A DNA stretch of 64,000 nt from the human T2T-CHM13v2.0 reference genome, Homo sapiens: assembly GCF_009914755.1 (NCBI RefSeq), contig NC_060934.1; one strand, 5' to 3'. The notes under the pieces were generated by a model. The model was not told where the DNA came from, ran no database searches, and worked only from the letters and a program-made list of their open reading frames with translations. Every line of letters begins with the position of its first letter. Positions within the stretch are counted from its first letter, which is position 1. Made by a program: the position numbers and the translations under genes. Of this stretch, positions 39,821-53,699 are shown piece by piece.

Positions 39821-41485
39821 AGCTTCTGGATGGGAATGCCATGGGCTAAGGCGGGATATCCCATGCACACTGAGGTGTGGGGCAGGCCATGAGCTCCGTG
39901 TGTGCTTATGTCATGGCGGATTTGAGGTGCCTGTGGGCCCTCCAGGGGAGTGTCTGGTCAACAGTCAGAAGGGTTGTTCTGAAATTGGCTTGAGGACCCC
40001 CGTTAGGGGACCAATGGGCTGCACAGATGGCTGCTGTGCCTGTGAATGTCAAGGAGAAGACAGCCCAAGAGAAGCCAACATTCTAGGACAGTGGAGGAGG
40101 GGGAGGCAGCCTGACCACCTGTGGAGGAGCAACAGCCAGGGGTAAAAGCAGTCAACCAGAGGGCGCAGGCCTCTCAGGACCACCTGCAAGTACAAAGGTG
40201 GGCGGACCATGAGGGGGCATCCAGGACAGAGGAACCGAAAAGTGCCCCAAGAGCTGTCTACAAGCAGGTCACTGACGTGAACAGGCACAACTTACTCAGA
40301 TGCCTAGGCCAACCTAGATTCCAGAGAAGTGGGGGGCAGAGGGGAGGAGGCCTCAAAAAGAAGGTGGTGAGTGAGCCACATCTTAGAGCTGAGCAGCAGC
40401 TCTGCGGGAGGATGAGGCAGGCGTAGGTGAGGACAGAGGACCTAGACCAATTGGGGTCTCAGCAGGATGAGGGTCCTGGGTGGGGTGGGCCTGAGGGAGC
40501 GCAGGCAGATTATGACAAGAGCCAGCCGCTACTCACAGGAAGCCGCCTCATCCTGGAGGCGAGAGGGAGCCATTTACGCAGGGAAATGACACAGATGAAG
40601 CTGTGTTTTAGAAAAATCCCCCGGTAGCCACGCAGAGGATGGATTGGAGTGAGAAGACAGGATGCAAGCGCTTCCCTGGGAAACGTGCAGTGATTAAGCC
40701 TGTGGTGCTCCTGGTTTTCTATGTCTTTCGTCTGGGGCTGGCTCACAGAGATCATTTTCTCCCTAGAGAACAGGGGTGGCCTGACCCCCTCAGCTACCCT
40801 AGGGCTTCATTATGGAGAAGGAGGACTTGCAGATGAGGTGTGGGTGACCCATTGTGGAGGAGGGCATGGTTGATGACGAGGCATGGAAGAGCCTATCCAA
40901 GTTCATTCAACTCCAAGGTTGACACTTGCCACCTTCCAGTTAATGTTGAGATGCTGACTGCCCTCCTTCCCCATTCAGGTAACAGTCCTGTGTCCTGCGG
41001 CTGTTTTTCCTTTAACTCTGAGGTTTTCCTTCCGCATCATAGAAAAGTTCCGCTACTTGGCCTCTGAATCAATAACTGACAGAAAGCAATAAAAATAAAT
41101 CAAATGTACTTCTGGCTTTCTCAGTGTCTTCTGAAACAAGGAAGTAATGACAGCTTTTCCTGGAAGTGTGTGAATCAGCTCCAAGGCTTCCGAAGCTTTG
41201 CTGCAGGGCATTTAGCTCCTACGGCCCCAGGAGGCTTCAAGGGATGCTTGGGCCAATGCCTCACCCCAAGGGGATGAGGGAGCACTGATATATGGGAATT
41301 GTAAATGTTTATTAGACAAACTGGTCACAGTGTCAGACAGAAAGCGCCTGTGTGATCCATGTGGCCTCATTATCTGATTAGCAGAACTTTGAAAGCAGGT
41401 TGTTGTGTTTGGTTGTTTTGTTTTAAAAAAAGGAAAAGCAGTTTTGATACCTTGATTTTAAAATGTCTAAAATGCTTTTCTCACT

Positions 41486-41785
<300 letters not shown>

Positions 41786-43889
41786 TCACCCTTTTCTTCT
41801 TTTGTCCTACTATTTTTTAAAAACTTCTGACTACTGTTAATGTCTAGTGTACACACTTCTTGCAAAATGCAATGTTGTCTTGGAAACCTAAGAAAAGATT
41901 CCCACTTGTTAACGGCTTGGGGATTGCAGACATAAAGATACGTGCTTTTCACCCAGAGCCTATAAATCACCTAATGCGGCAGCTGGCACACAATAGGCGC
42001 CCAATAAATGGAGGCTTTCCCTGTGAGCCTTCCCACTTCTTGTCAATAAGTCAGTGGAGGTTGTCAGATTGGTTTCTAAACAGAGGGGCTGGGGAGCTCT
42101 GTGGCCTAGGATCACAGCAGGAAGCACTGTGTTACAGAGATTGGGGCAACATGGAACCATTACAAAATTAGACACCTAAATTGGTACCAGGTCCCCCAAA
42201 ATAAGATGTCTCCAAATTATTTTCTAAATTATCCACTAACTTTGTGTGAGTCAACAGGTGGCTATTGACTTTTGTTTGAGCTACCATCAAGACCTATTGA
42301 TCTAAGAGATAAATATCGACCAAACTGAGACTGAGGTCAATGCTGGCCTCCCGGGAAAATAAATCTTGATATTCACCAAAAACTGCAGATGCTAGGCCTG
42401 ATATTTTTGTCTCTAAACTAATGGTCTGATAGAGGCCCTACTGAGGTCAGCTCTTGTCTTTATTGTGAATTGTTATAGGTGTAAACTAGCTTCCAAATTG
42501 ACCTTGCTTCTGGAAAATTTGGTATAAAAGCTTCCAATTTCTTTGTATTTTAAATGATCAAGGGAAAACCTGTTATTTAAAGAACTATTATTGAGAATAC
42601 TTCCATAAAATAAAGAATCCTTCTGAAATGCATATAGCTGCCCCAATCAATTATCTGTGAAAATTGAGAATTTCCTATGATGAGTCCCCACCCAGAGAAG
42701 CACATCAGCTCAGACACACAAACAAGTCAACAACAAAAAACTTGTAGTCAGGACCACAGCTATATTTGAAAACTCTATTGAATCTGATATTTTTTTAGTT
42801 GCAAAAAAATGCTTAAGATAGCATTTTGCACCCAAGAGGTGCACAAAAGATTTTCATGTTTAATGGATAAATGAGAGGTGGGTCCACCCAGGCTATGCAC
42901 TAGGGGAAGTTGTTTCCTGAAGACTGATGACATTACACCTGAGGGATATGGATCATGTTTCTTAAATAGTGTTGTTTGTTCTCACATGCAAAGCTTGTAG
43001 GGGGCAATGAGAAAATCTTATTGTGAGAATTAAATACGATGACATGCCAAAAGCACTTTTTTGATCTATCCCTGGGACATATCAATAAAACTTCAATATA
43101 TAGTTGTTTCTGTTATTAGAAGGGGTAAGAGACTGGATTAGAAACAATATGTCCTGAGTAACTTAGAGAGAACATAAGGTGGGGAAATTAAGTGTAGTCA
43201 CTCTGTAGTCACTCTTAAGGTAGTTGTTAAATATCAGAATTAGAAAGAAAAGATCTAAAAGAGCCACATAAACACGCACACCCAGATGTGCAGTGCTGCA
43301 CACAGTCTAGAGGACAGTGAACTCAGCCTGTCTATCTGCAGGAGACTGAATGTAACAGGTGAGAAATGGGATGCTCCAAGGCCAAGGGAAATTGATTGTT
43401 TTAGCCTTTATGCTCCACAGTTTCCAAAAGCCCACTGACTGCCAATGGCCTATTAAAATAAGCCAAAAGGCCTGCTGCTGCCTTTAAGAACCATATGGTA
43501 TAGTCAACAGAGTAGAATTGATGAGGATTTTTTGATAACATGAACCAAATGGAACCCACTATATGAAAAGCCTGCTAGAACCCACAGTTCACTGCAGGCA
43601 AAAGAAGACTCTTTAAAAAACAGGTGAAGCACAGAGCAGCAAGGACAGGAGCAAGGCTGAGCCACACAGGCATTCAGGATCACATATAGAGAGCAGCTAG
43701 GCCCAGACTCCGCACTGAGGCAAAGCTTCCAATGTGCTGGTGAAAACCTTAGATTTTGGATTAAGCCCTGACTGCAACCCACAAGCTGTGTGACCTTGGG
43801 TACATCACCCATCTCTCACTTTACTGACTCTCAGAGGCTCATGTACCCAATTATGGATGTAGAATTACAGAACCTACTCAACAGGGCGG

Positions 43890-44315
43890 GTGTGCAGAAT
43901 CATAAACAAATATCCATTGCGCTAAACACATTTCTAAACATGAAGAATACAGCAGGAATCACAGCAGACAAGCTCCCTGCCTTTATGGATCTTGTAGCCT
44001 GGTAGAAGAGATGGATGATTAATAGATATAAACACAAAATATGTCAGGGTGGGTGGTGTTTTATATAGGCTATCAGGACAGCTCCTTTATTACATGATGT
44101 TTGATCAGAGACCACAGGGGGTGAGTAATAAGCCATGGACAGATTCTGGGGAGGACATTCCAGGAAGAGGGGAGAGTGGGTACATGGGCCCTGACACAGG
44201 AACATGCTTGGTATATTTAAGGATTAGCAAGGAGGCCAGTGTGGCTGAAGGGAAACGAGAGAGAGGGATGGTCATAAAAATCATGTCAAAGAAGCAATGG
44301 GGGCTAGATCATTCT
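43890..44315 (-). mobile_element. L2 fragment
   Basis: acaagctccctgcctttatggatcttgtagcctggtag...cattccaggaagagggg...gcaaggaggccagtgtggctgaag. Confidence 0.65.
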
Positions 44316-44319
44316 GGGA

Positions 44320-44615
44320 TGCACTGTCCAATGTGGTAGCCACTAGTCAAATGTGTTTACTAAGCACTGGAACTGTGGCTGTGAATTAAGATGTGCAGTA
44401 AGCATCAAATAGACACTGGATTCTGAAGACTTACCACAATAAAAATAATAGAAAATATTTAATTAATAATTGCTATATTGATTACATGATTAAATGATAA
44501 TATTTTTGATAGTTAAGTTAAATAAACTATACATTAAAATCGGTTTCATCTGTTACTTTTCAAACCTTAAATGTGGCTACTAGAAAGTTTAAATTACCTA
44601 TGTGGCTCAAATAAT
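44320..44615 (+). mobile_element. MER33 (hAT-Charlie)
   Basis: gcactgtccaatgtggtagccactag...gattctgaagactt...aatgtggctactagaaagtttaaattacctatgtggctc. Confidence 0.85.
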
Positions 44616-45014
44616 ATGGGGAATTATAGGTGACAGTCATGAGGTTGGCATTTATGTTCAGCAATACAGGAAGTTCAGAGAAATGCATTATGAAGTGCTT
44701 ATCCTATTTCTCTGCACCTAGTGGAAAAAGTTTATGAATCTAGAATTCCATTCACAGACAAATTGCTCAAATGGAAAGGCAAGTAAAGGTAATGAAGGGA
44801 AAGACACTGGACTCAAAAAAAAGGAATAAATAACAAAACAAAAATTAAGTTCAAATAATTGTTTAGAATATGGTGATGAAATTAGCAAATAATGATTGTT
44901 GAAATAGAAGGCATAAGGTAAAATAAAAAAGAGTCTGACAAACAGATAAAATTGGATCCATTTCTAAACTCCAAATGGATCAGAGAAATACAGGCAAAAA
45001 AGAAACTGCACAAG

Positions 45015-46400
<1,386 letters not shown>

Positions 46401-46449
46401 TCTTTCTCTCTCTCTCTCTCTCTCTCATGCACACACACACAACTAACTG

Positions 46450-47830
46450 CTGAATAATATTAACAACAAAATAAATAATTATGTAGTTAAAAACTAAAAA
46501 ATAAATATCCACGGATCCATACTGATATCAAGGAATTAGTGAACAATAAACAAATGAAAAAAGGGGGCCATTTTCCTTATAGAAGAATTCCAAATAATAC
46601 ATCTAGAAAGATTAAGGGAAATAGAAAATCACCCTTAGTGCACCATAGTAAAATCTGCTGCAAGCAAAATCTACTGATGAATGCAAGATTAGTGGGCAAA
46701 AGTTCAAGGAAAAACAAGATATTTGCAAGCCTTAACATATCTCCCCTAAGATTTTTATTAATTACTGTGGTGGGTTTAACATATCCACAAATTCATGACA
46801 TGCCTCCCTTCTGGAGGTGGAGCTTAACTCTCCTCACCTTGAATGTGAATTGGACTCAGGGACTGGCCTCTAACAAATAGAGTCTGGAAAGGAGAAAATA
46901 GTAACTTCAAAGTAAAGAAACCTGGCAGACACCACCTTAACCACGTGATTGAGATGAGCATCACCATTAACAAGATATATTGTCGTCATGTGCCCCGATA
47001 CCATGCAATGAGAAGGGAGTTCCACCTCTGTGCTCTTTGTCCCCCAAATCCGTAACCCCATGATATGGTTTGGCTCTGTGTCTCCACCCAAATGTTATCT
47101 CAAATTGTAAACCCCAGGTGTCAAGGGAGGGAAGTGATTGGGTTAGGGGGTGGTTTCCTCCCCGCTGTTCTCATGACAAGCGAGTGAGTTCTCATGAAAT
47201 CTGATGGTTTTATAAATGGTAGTTTTTCCTGTGCTCACACACACCCTCTCTCGCCTGCCTCCATGTAAGATGTGCCTGCTTCCCCTTCCACCATGACTGT
47301 AAGTTTCCTGAGGACTCCCAAACCATGAGGAACTGTGAGTCAATTAAAGCTCTTTATAAACCTGTTTACAAATTACCCAGTCTTGGGTAGTATCTTTATA
47401 GCAGTGTGAGAACTGACTAATACACCCCATTTCTAATGCTCAGAAAACCTCAGAGAGTACCAAATTGAGGGACATTCTAAAAAATCACTGGCCACTACTC
47501 TTCAAAAGTGTCAAGGCCAAGAAAGAAAAAGAAAGCCTGCAAATCTGTCTTGGATTGTTGGAAAGCAAGGAGATGTAACAACTAAATGCAATGTGAGATC
47601 CTGGATTTGGATCCTGCACCAGAAAAGGAACATTAGCAGGTAGACCAAAATCTGGTTAAGCCCGAAGTGTAGTTAATAGCAATGAACCGATGTTAATTTC
47701 TTAGTTTGACACATGTACCATGACTATGTAAGAAAACAACACTAAGAGAAGGTGGATGAAGGTACATGGGACCACTCTGTGCCAGCTTTACAACTTTTCT
47801 GTAAATCTAAAATTGTTCAAAATCAAAAGC
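46450..47830 (+). mobile_element. L1MC3/L1MC4-like 3' end, interrupted by a THE1 LTR
   Basis: ggaggtggagcttaactctcctc...agaaacctggcagacaccaccttaacc...aactaaatgcaatgtgagatcctgg...caacttttctgtaaatctaaaatt. Confidence 0.8.
47061..47424 (+). mobile_element. MaLR solo LTR, THE1 (THE1D/C-like)
   Basis: tgatatggtttggctctgtgtc...gcagtgtgagaactgactaataca; perfect 5-bp TSD CCCCA (47056-47060 / 47425-47429); TATAAA 47211-47216; ATTAAA 47343-47348. Confidence 0.93.
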
Positions 47831-48184
47831 TATGACATATTTTCTGGAAAACATGTGCAGCAGTATCTTTGGAGTAATTATCAGGTAAAGGTATGCAAGC
47901 AGGTCCACTTTCTATTTTATAAATTTCTGAGTATGGCTTTTCTCCCGTTTGAAACAGAGCATCTATAATATAAACTATTTGGATTTTTAAAGAGTTACTC
48001 TGGGAACTAAGTATGGAGAAAGGCTGACTCAAAAGCTGGCATCTGAGAATAGAGAATGTTTTTGTTTGGGGACAAAAGTTTCTAAAACTTTCTGTATGTT
48101 TTGAGTTAATAAAGGCACTGTTTTGGAATCTGAGTTGTGTCTGAGGCTTAAGGTATGATAGGAATACAGAAGACGGTTACTTAC

Positions 48185-48246
48185 CAGCGTGACTTTTCTC
48201 TGTGGTTTCAGCAGCTTCGGTTTATGGAACGTGGGGGCTATCGGAG
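48185..48246 (-). CDS. VSTM4: VSTM4 penultimate coding exon (62 nt; (A)PIAPTFHKPKLLKPQRKVTL)
   Basis: Acceptor ...cctacttccacag|CTCCGATA and donor ...GTCACGCTG|gtaagt. Phase 1 in / phase 0 out, compatible with both neighbouring exons. Locally CpG-retaining, as expected for coding sequence. Confidence 0.95.
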
Positions 48247-49679
48247 CTGTGGAAGTAGGTCAAGGGTTTAGCTTGCAGTTCCTCCCAGAACACTTAGTGG
48301 CCACACATTATGAGCATCAGGGACATATTCTGAGAGGTCTCATACCCCTTCCTGGTCCCATGGAAGAACTTTCTGATCTAGGTGTCAGCAAGTGCCCCTC
48401 GGCGGGCGTGATCCTCCCCTAGTCTTTGAACGTTTTGTCGTCTCCCTCAGCAAGGTCAACAAAACAACTCTGCATAAAACTCTGCCAGCTACATGGATGT
48501 CAGGTGTGCAGGTGTGAACCAGATGCACCCAGTGAAGGCTGAAGCTGGGACCTTCCCTGGGAGACTCCGTCCTACCCACACACTAGCGCTGATCACAATG
48601 ACTCTTGAACCTCACAGCAGCCCTGTGAGGTCATCAGGGAGGGTCTTATTGTCCCCACTTAACAGAAAAAGAAAGTGAGGCCCTTCCCACGGTGTCATGT
48701 CACTAATCTTGAACCATTTAGGATGTGAACTTGGCATTGAAAGTCAGGCTCTACCACGTACCTAAGTCTCACTTTCAACTTTAGTAAGGGTGGGTAATAT
48801 CTACTGTGGAATGAACGACATCGAGCAGTATGATGCCTGGCCCAGGCAGGCGTTCTCTACTCCCTTCCCTCCCAGGTCCATGCTTTTCATCCCCCTGCAG
48901 TACAACCACACCCTCCAGCCCTCTTTCCACTCCATGTGTGCTCAGCCTCACCAACAGGCTTCCCCACAGGGCTTGATGTGTCCCTAGGGGAAGCATGCAA
49001 AGCCCGCAGTTGAGGAATAGAATTGTTCATTTGGGCAACCCTTGTATTCCCCCAACTACATTTCAAATTTGCTAAGGTATGAATATCTCCTAAATTGACC
49101 AGTTATTTTAGGAACTATCTATAGTCAGTCTTGGTTCTCCTAATACTCTCGCAGTTCTTTCCTCCAGAAACACCTATCTTCCTCACTTACATTGCTCTAA
49201 ATCATAACTGGAATCACAGGATAGCCGTCATTTTATACCCAGAGCAACTGTGAAATAAATTTCACACCTGGTTGACATCTTTAAAAATTCAGAGAGCTTT
49301 TCTTCCCTTGAATGAACCAAGAAGACTTCCTCATCCCAACCCACCACCCCACCTCATGTGTGGCATGTTTTAATAGTACAAAGTGAAACACAATCTGGAA
49401 TCATCTGTGGATGTTGATCTTCCCCCTGCTAAAGCTATGCTAGGCCCTTGCTTCCTCCTCCAACTCCACCCCCAACCCAAGTACTGGGCTAACGGCTGAG
49501 GTGGTTGAGCACCAGTTATGCCCAGAATCTAGGTGGGGGTCCAGACTACATAATCATTAAATGTCATGTCATATTCCCCATCTGCCTACGCTCCCTGTCA
49601 TAATCCAACATGGAACCCCAGACCCACAGGGATCAATAATGATAGTTTCCAGGTAAGAAACTGCAGGCCAGCTCCTTAC

Positions 49680-49786
49680 CTTTGGCAGGGACTGCGGGAG
49701 GAATGTCAGGCTTCTCCTTCTGCCTCTTGCCCTTCTTGGGCTGTAGTGGGGCCAAGCTGGTCACGCTAGTGACAGTCTCCCCTGAG
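49680..49786 (-). CDS. VSTM4: VSTM4 antepenultimate coding exon (107 nt; (S)SGETVTSVTSLAPLQPKKGKRQKEKPDIPPAVPAK(A)), cytoplasmic tail
   Basis: Minus strand: acceptor ...ttttcttctacag|CTCAGGG and donor ...GCCAAAG|gtaagg. The peptide lies within supplied ORF 49633..49938 and matches the VSTM4 tail as I recall it. Phase 2 in / phase 1 out joins the next exon in frame. Confidence 0.95.
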
Positions 49787-50764
49787 CTGTAGAAGAAAAA
49801 GTTTCCAGTGAAACCAAAGGCAGATTTGTTGCAAAAGAGAAAGGAAAAAAAAAAACCCACAATAGCTTCCAATAGTTTCTGAGTGCTCCCTGTGTACCTG
49901 TGTAAGGGAAGGTTATCATATGGGTAGACTGGAAACACTCTGTGCTCATCTCCAGGGAGGTCTGGAAGTCTGGTACTGATCTTTGGCCAAGATAAGAAGG
50001 ATGAGTTGAGCCAGTTGGTGATTTATAATGAATGTGCTGTTTACAGTCCCAAATTCCTTGGAGGGACCCAGCGTTAGCTTGTGTACATTGCCTAGGGATG
50101 CATGGGTTGATGGTTGACACCTGGTTTAACTGATTACACATTTTGGCTTGGCTACATCACCAGTGGGGTATTATTTATGCCACTAGAAGTTTCTGCTTCA
50201 GCTCCCTAAAACCAAGGTTCCTTGCACACACCTCTGTGGTTCATAATCCAAAGGCAAACATCTCCCCATCACCTGGGAAAGGGTTCTGGGGAGCTGCACC
50301 TGGATGTGTCTGGGGTCCCCTGTGACTGCCGGAGCTTTCTTCTCTTGCTGCACCTTTACCTTTAGGACAGGTGAAGGGAGCTCACCTTGAGGAGCGCTGG
50401 GAGTGTTTCCAACTACCTTGACCCTGTGTAATTACTGCAGTATCAGCTTCTTAATATGTGTTAGCCATAAGCCAAAGGGACGGGAAGATAAGCCTTTTAC
50501 ATTACAGGTAAGAAGGCCAAGGCTTAAATAGGCTACATGATTGCTCTAAGTGACATTGTTGGTAAGCAGCAAATAGGAAAGCTGCAAACATACACTGCTC
50601 CGATATGAAACTTGTTCTCGGTGCTACTCATGGGCTGGAGTTCGCAAACTTTCTTGAATGACCATTCATCTTCTTGCAAATGCTTCCTATTCGCTCCAGT
50701 AATCCAGAGGGAAGTACCTTTTATAATCTCTTGTCCGCAGGCACATGTCCCAGCTAGGTAAGTC

Positions 50765-51600
50765 CAGGTCTCAAGAGAGGCTATCTCGCTAATACATACA
50801 GAATTTCTAGAAATCCATAAAAATATGACCCAATCATCAAAATAAAAGAAGGTTGGAAACAGGCAGTTTTTACACATAAGGAAAGACTCATTTACACATG
50901 AAAACATGCTAAAGCTCCCTCAGGACAGAGGAATTCCAGTTAAAGTATACTGACTTCTTTTTTTTTTTTCCAAATCAAAATGGCTGCAGTCAAATGTGAG
51001 GCAAAGCACTATTGGTAGGGGTGCAGGGAATCTGGCACTCAAAAGTATTGCTGGCAGCAGCGTGATCTTTCCTGATGGAGAATGATTTCGTAACATCTAT
51101 CAAAATTACAGGCGCTTAGACTCTTTGACCTGGCAATTTCATTTCCAGGAATTCGTTCTATGGATATCCTTGCACATGTAGGAAATGTTGTGTGCATAAG
51201 ATCAGTTATTACAGCACTGTTTATAATAGCTATGGATTAGAGACAGCTCATCTTCCATCAGCAGGGGACTAGTTGAGTAGATTATGGTGAATCCGTGCAT
51301 AGGGTCATCTGTATAAAGACGAAGAAGCTACGTGTGTCCTGATAAGGAAAGATGCATTGCTAAGTGGAAAAGCTAGGTGTTGGACAATGTATAAAATGTG
51401 CCACTTTTACATAAAAATAAGGGGAAATAAGAATATATATTAGCATTTGCTTACACATACATAAAGAAGCTCCAGAAATATTCACAAGAATTTAAAAATA
51501 GTGGTTCCCTAGAATGGGGGTGCTAAGGAACTAAACAGATGTGAGACAGGACAGGGAGAATCATTACTGGATATGTTTATAATTAAATGCAAATAAATAT
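50765..51600 (+). mobile_element. L1ME-like degraded fragment
   Basis: ctttgacctggcaatttcatttccaggaatt...acagcactgtttataatagc...ccatcagcaggggactagttgagtagattatgg. Confidence 0.6.
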
Positions 51601-52084
51601 ACACATGGGTAATAAGAGATAGGCTATTCTAATAATAGTCCTAGATATATAAAAATAAGTAAAAACTGAATCACACGTTGTGGGATAAATTCCAAGAATA
51701 CAGTTCCCACTGAGATTCCCCAAAGATGCCTTATTTTTATTGGGAACGGAGATTCTAACTGGTCATAGCTTTAGAGTACAGGGTCAATTGTGTAAATTCA
51801 CAAATAGCCAAAAAGAATGTGAATTTACAAAACTTTGACCAACAATAGCAAACAAGGGATCCTAAATTCTCAGAATTGTTTACATATACAACCACATGTT
51901 CAGCTTCATTCTGTAGTTTTATAAACTCTTGAAATGCCTATTTCTTATTTCCAATATAAAATAATGCATGCTCGTGTTTAAAAAGGGTAATTACAGGCAT
52001 GGAAACCAAAGAAAATAACACTGTCATAACCAAAACACAATCTTCATAAATATTTTCACTCTTTTTCCTCTTCCTTGCTTTTGC

Positions 52085-53075
<991 letters not shown>

Positions 53076-53624
53076 TCCTTGTTCATATATAGTGTTTTTT
53101 AAATCATATTATATTATAATTTTGTATTCTTAATTTACTTAATCTAAATTTTTCATATTGTTATATTCTCATACTATTCCAGTGAGGAAATAAGCCGATG
53201 TTTACTTAGCCATTTCCCTAACATCTAAAGATCTCATTTCTTTCTCAGTTTAATATAGAAATGACACTGCTAAAAATGTATTTGTGCATAATGGTTTTTT
53301 ATTCTTAGACTTTCATTTTGGGGTTGAATTTCTAAAGCTGGAATTACCAGGTCATGGAAAAGGACCATTTTCAAGGCTATTTAATACTTACTGTCAAAAT
53401 GATTTTTGACAAGTTAGTACTACACCACAGCTATGCCACTCAACAAATGAGAATACCTACGTCACCCTCCTTAACACCATTTGTCAATTTTTTTAAAATG
53501 ACTCATTTAATGAAGAAAAAGCTGATTCCTTTTTGATTTGCATTTCTCTGATTTCTAGTGATAATGGACACTTCCCATGTTTGTCTAAGGAGTTTTCTCA
53601 TTTATGATGGAAGGATAGCTCCTT

Positions 53625-53699
53625 CTCTTGATTTAGGATTTTTTTTTTTTTTTGGATCTTGATTTAGGATTTTCTTGATTTCTGCTCTTGATTTAGGAT
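53625..53699 (-). other. Short poly(T)-containing insertion flanked by a 15-bp direct repeat
   Basis: ctcttgatttaggat at 53625-53639 and 53685-53699; T15 at 53639-53653; 31-nt insert made of copies of the flank. Confidence 0.65.

Noticed and set aside
49633-49938. The full 101-aa ORF as a single-exon CDS
   Set aside because: Only 49680-49786 is bounded by splice sites and matches VSTM4; the rest is intronic read-through.
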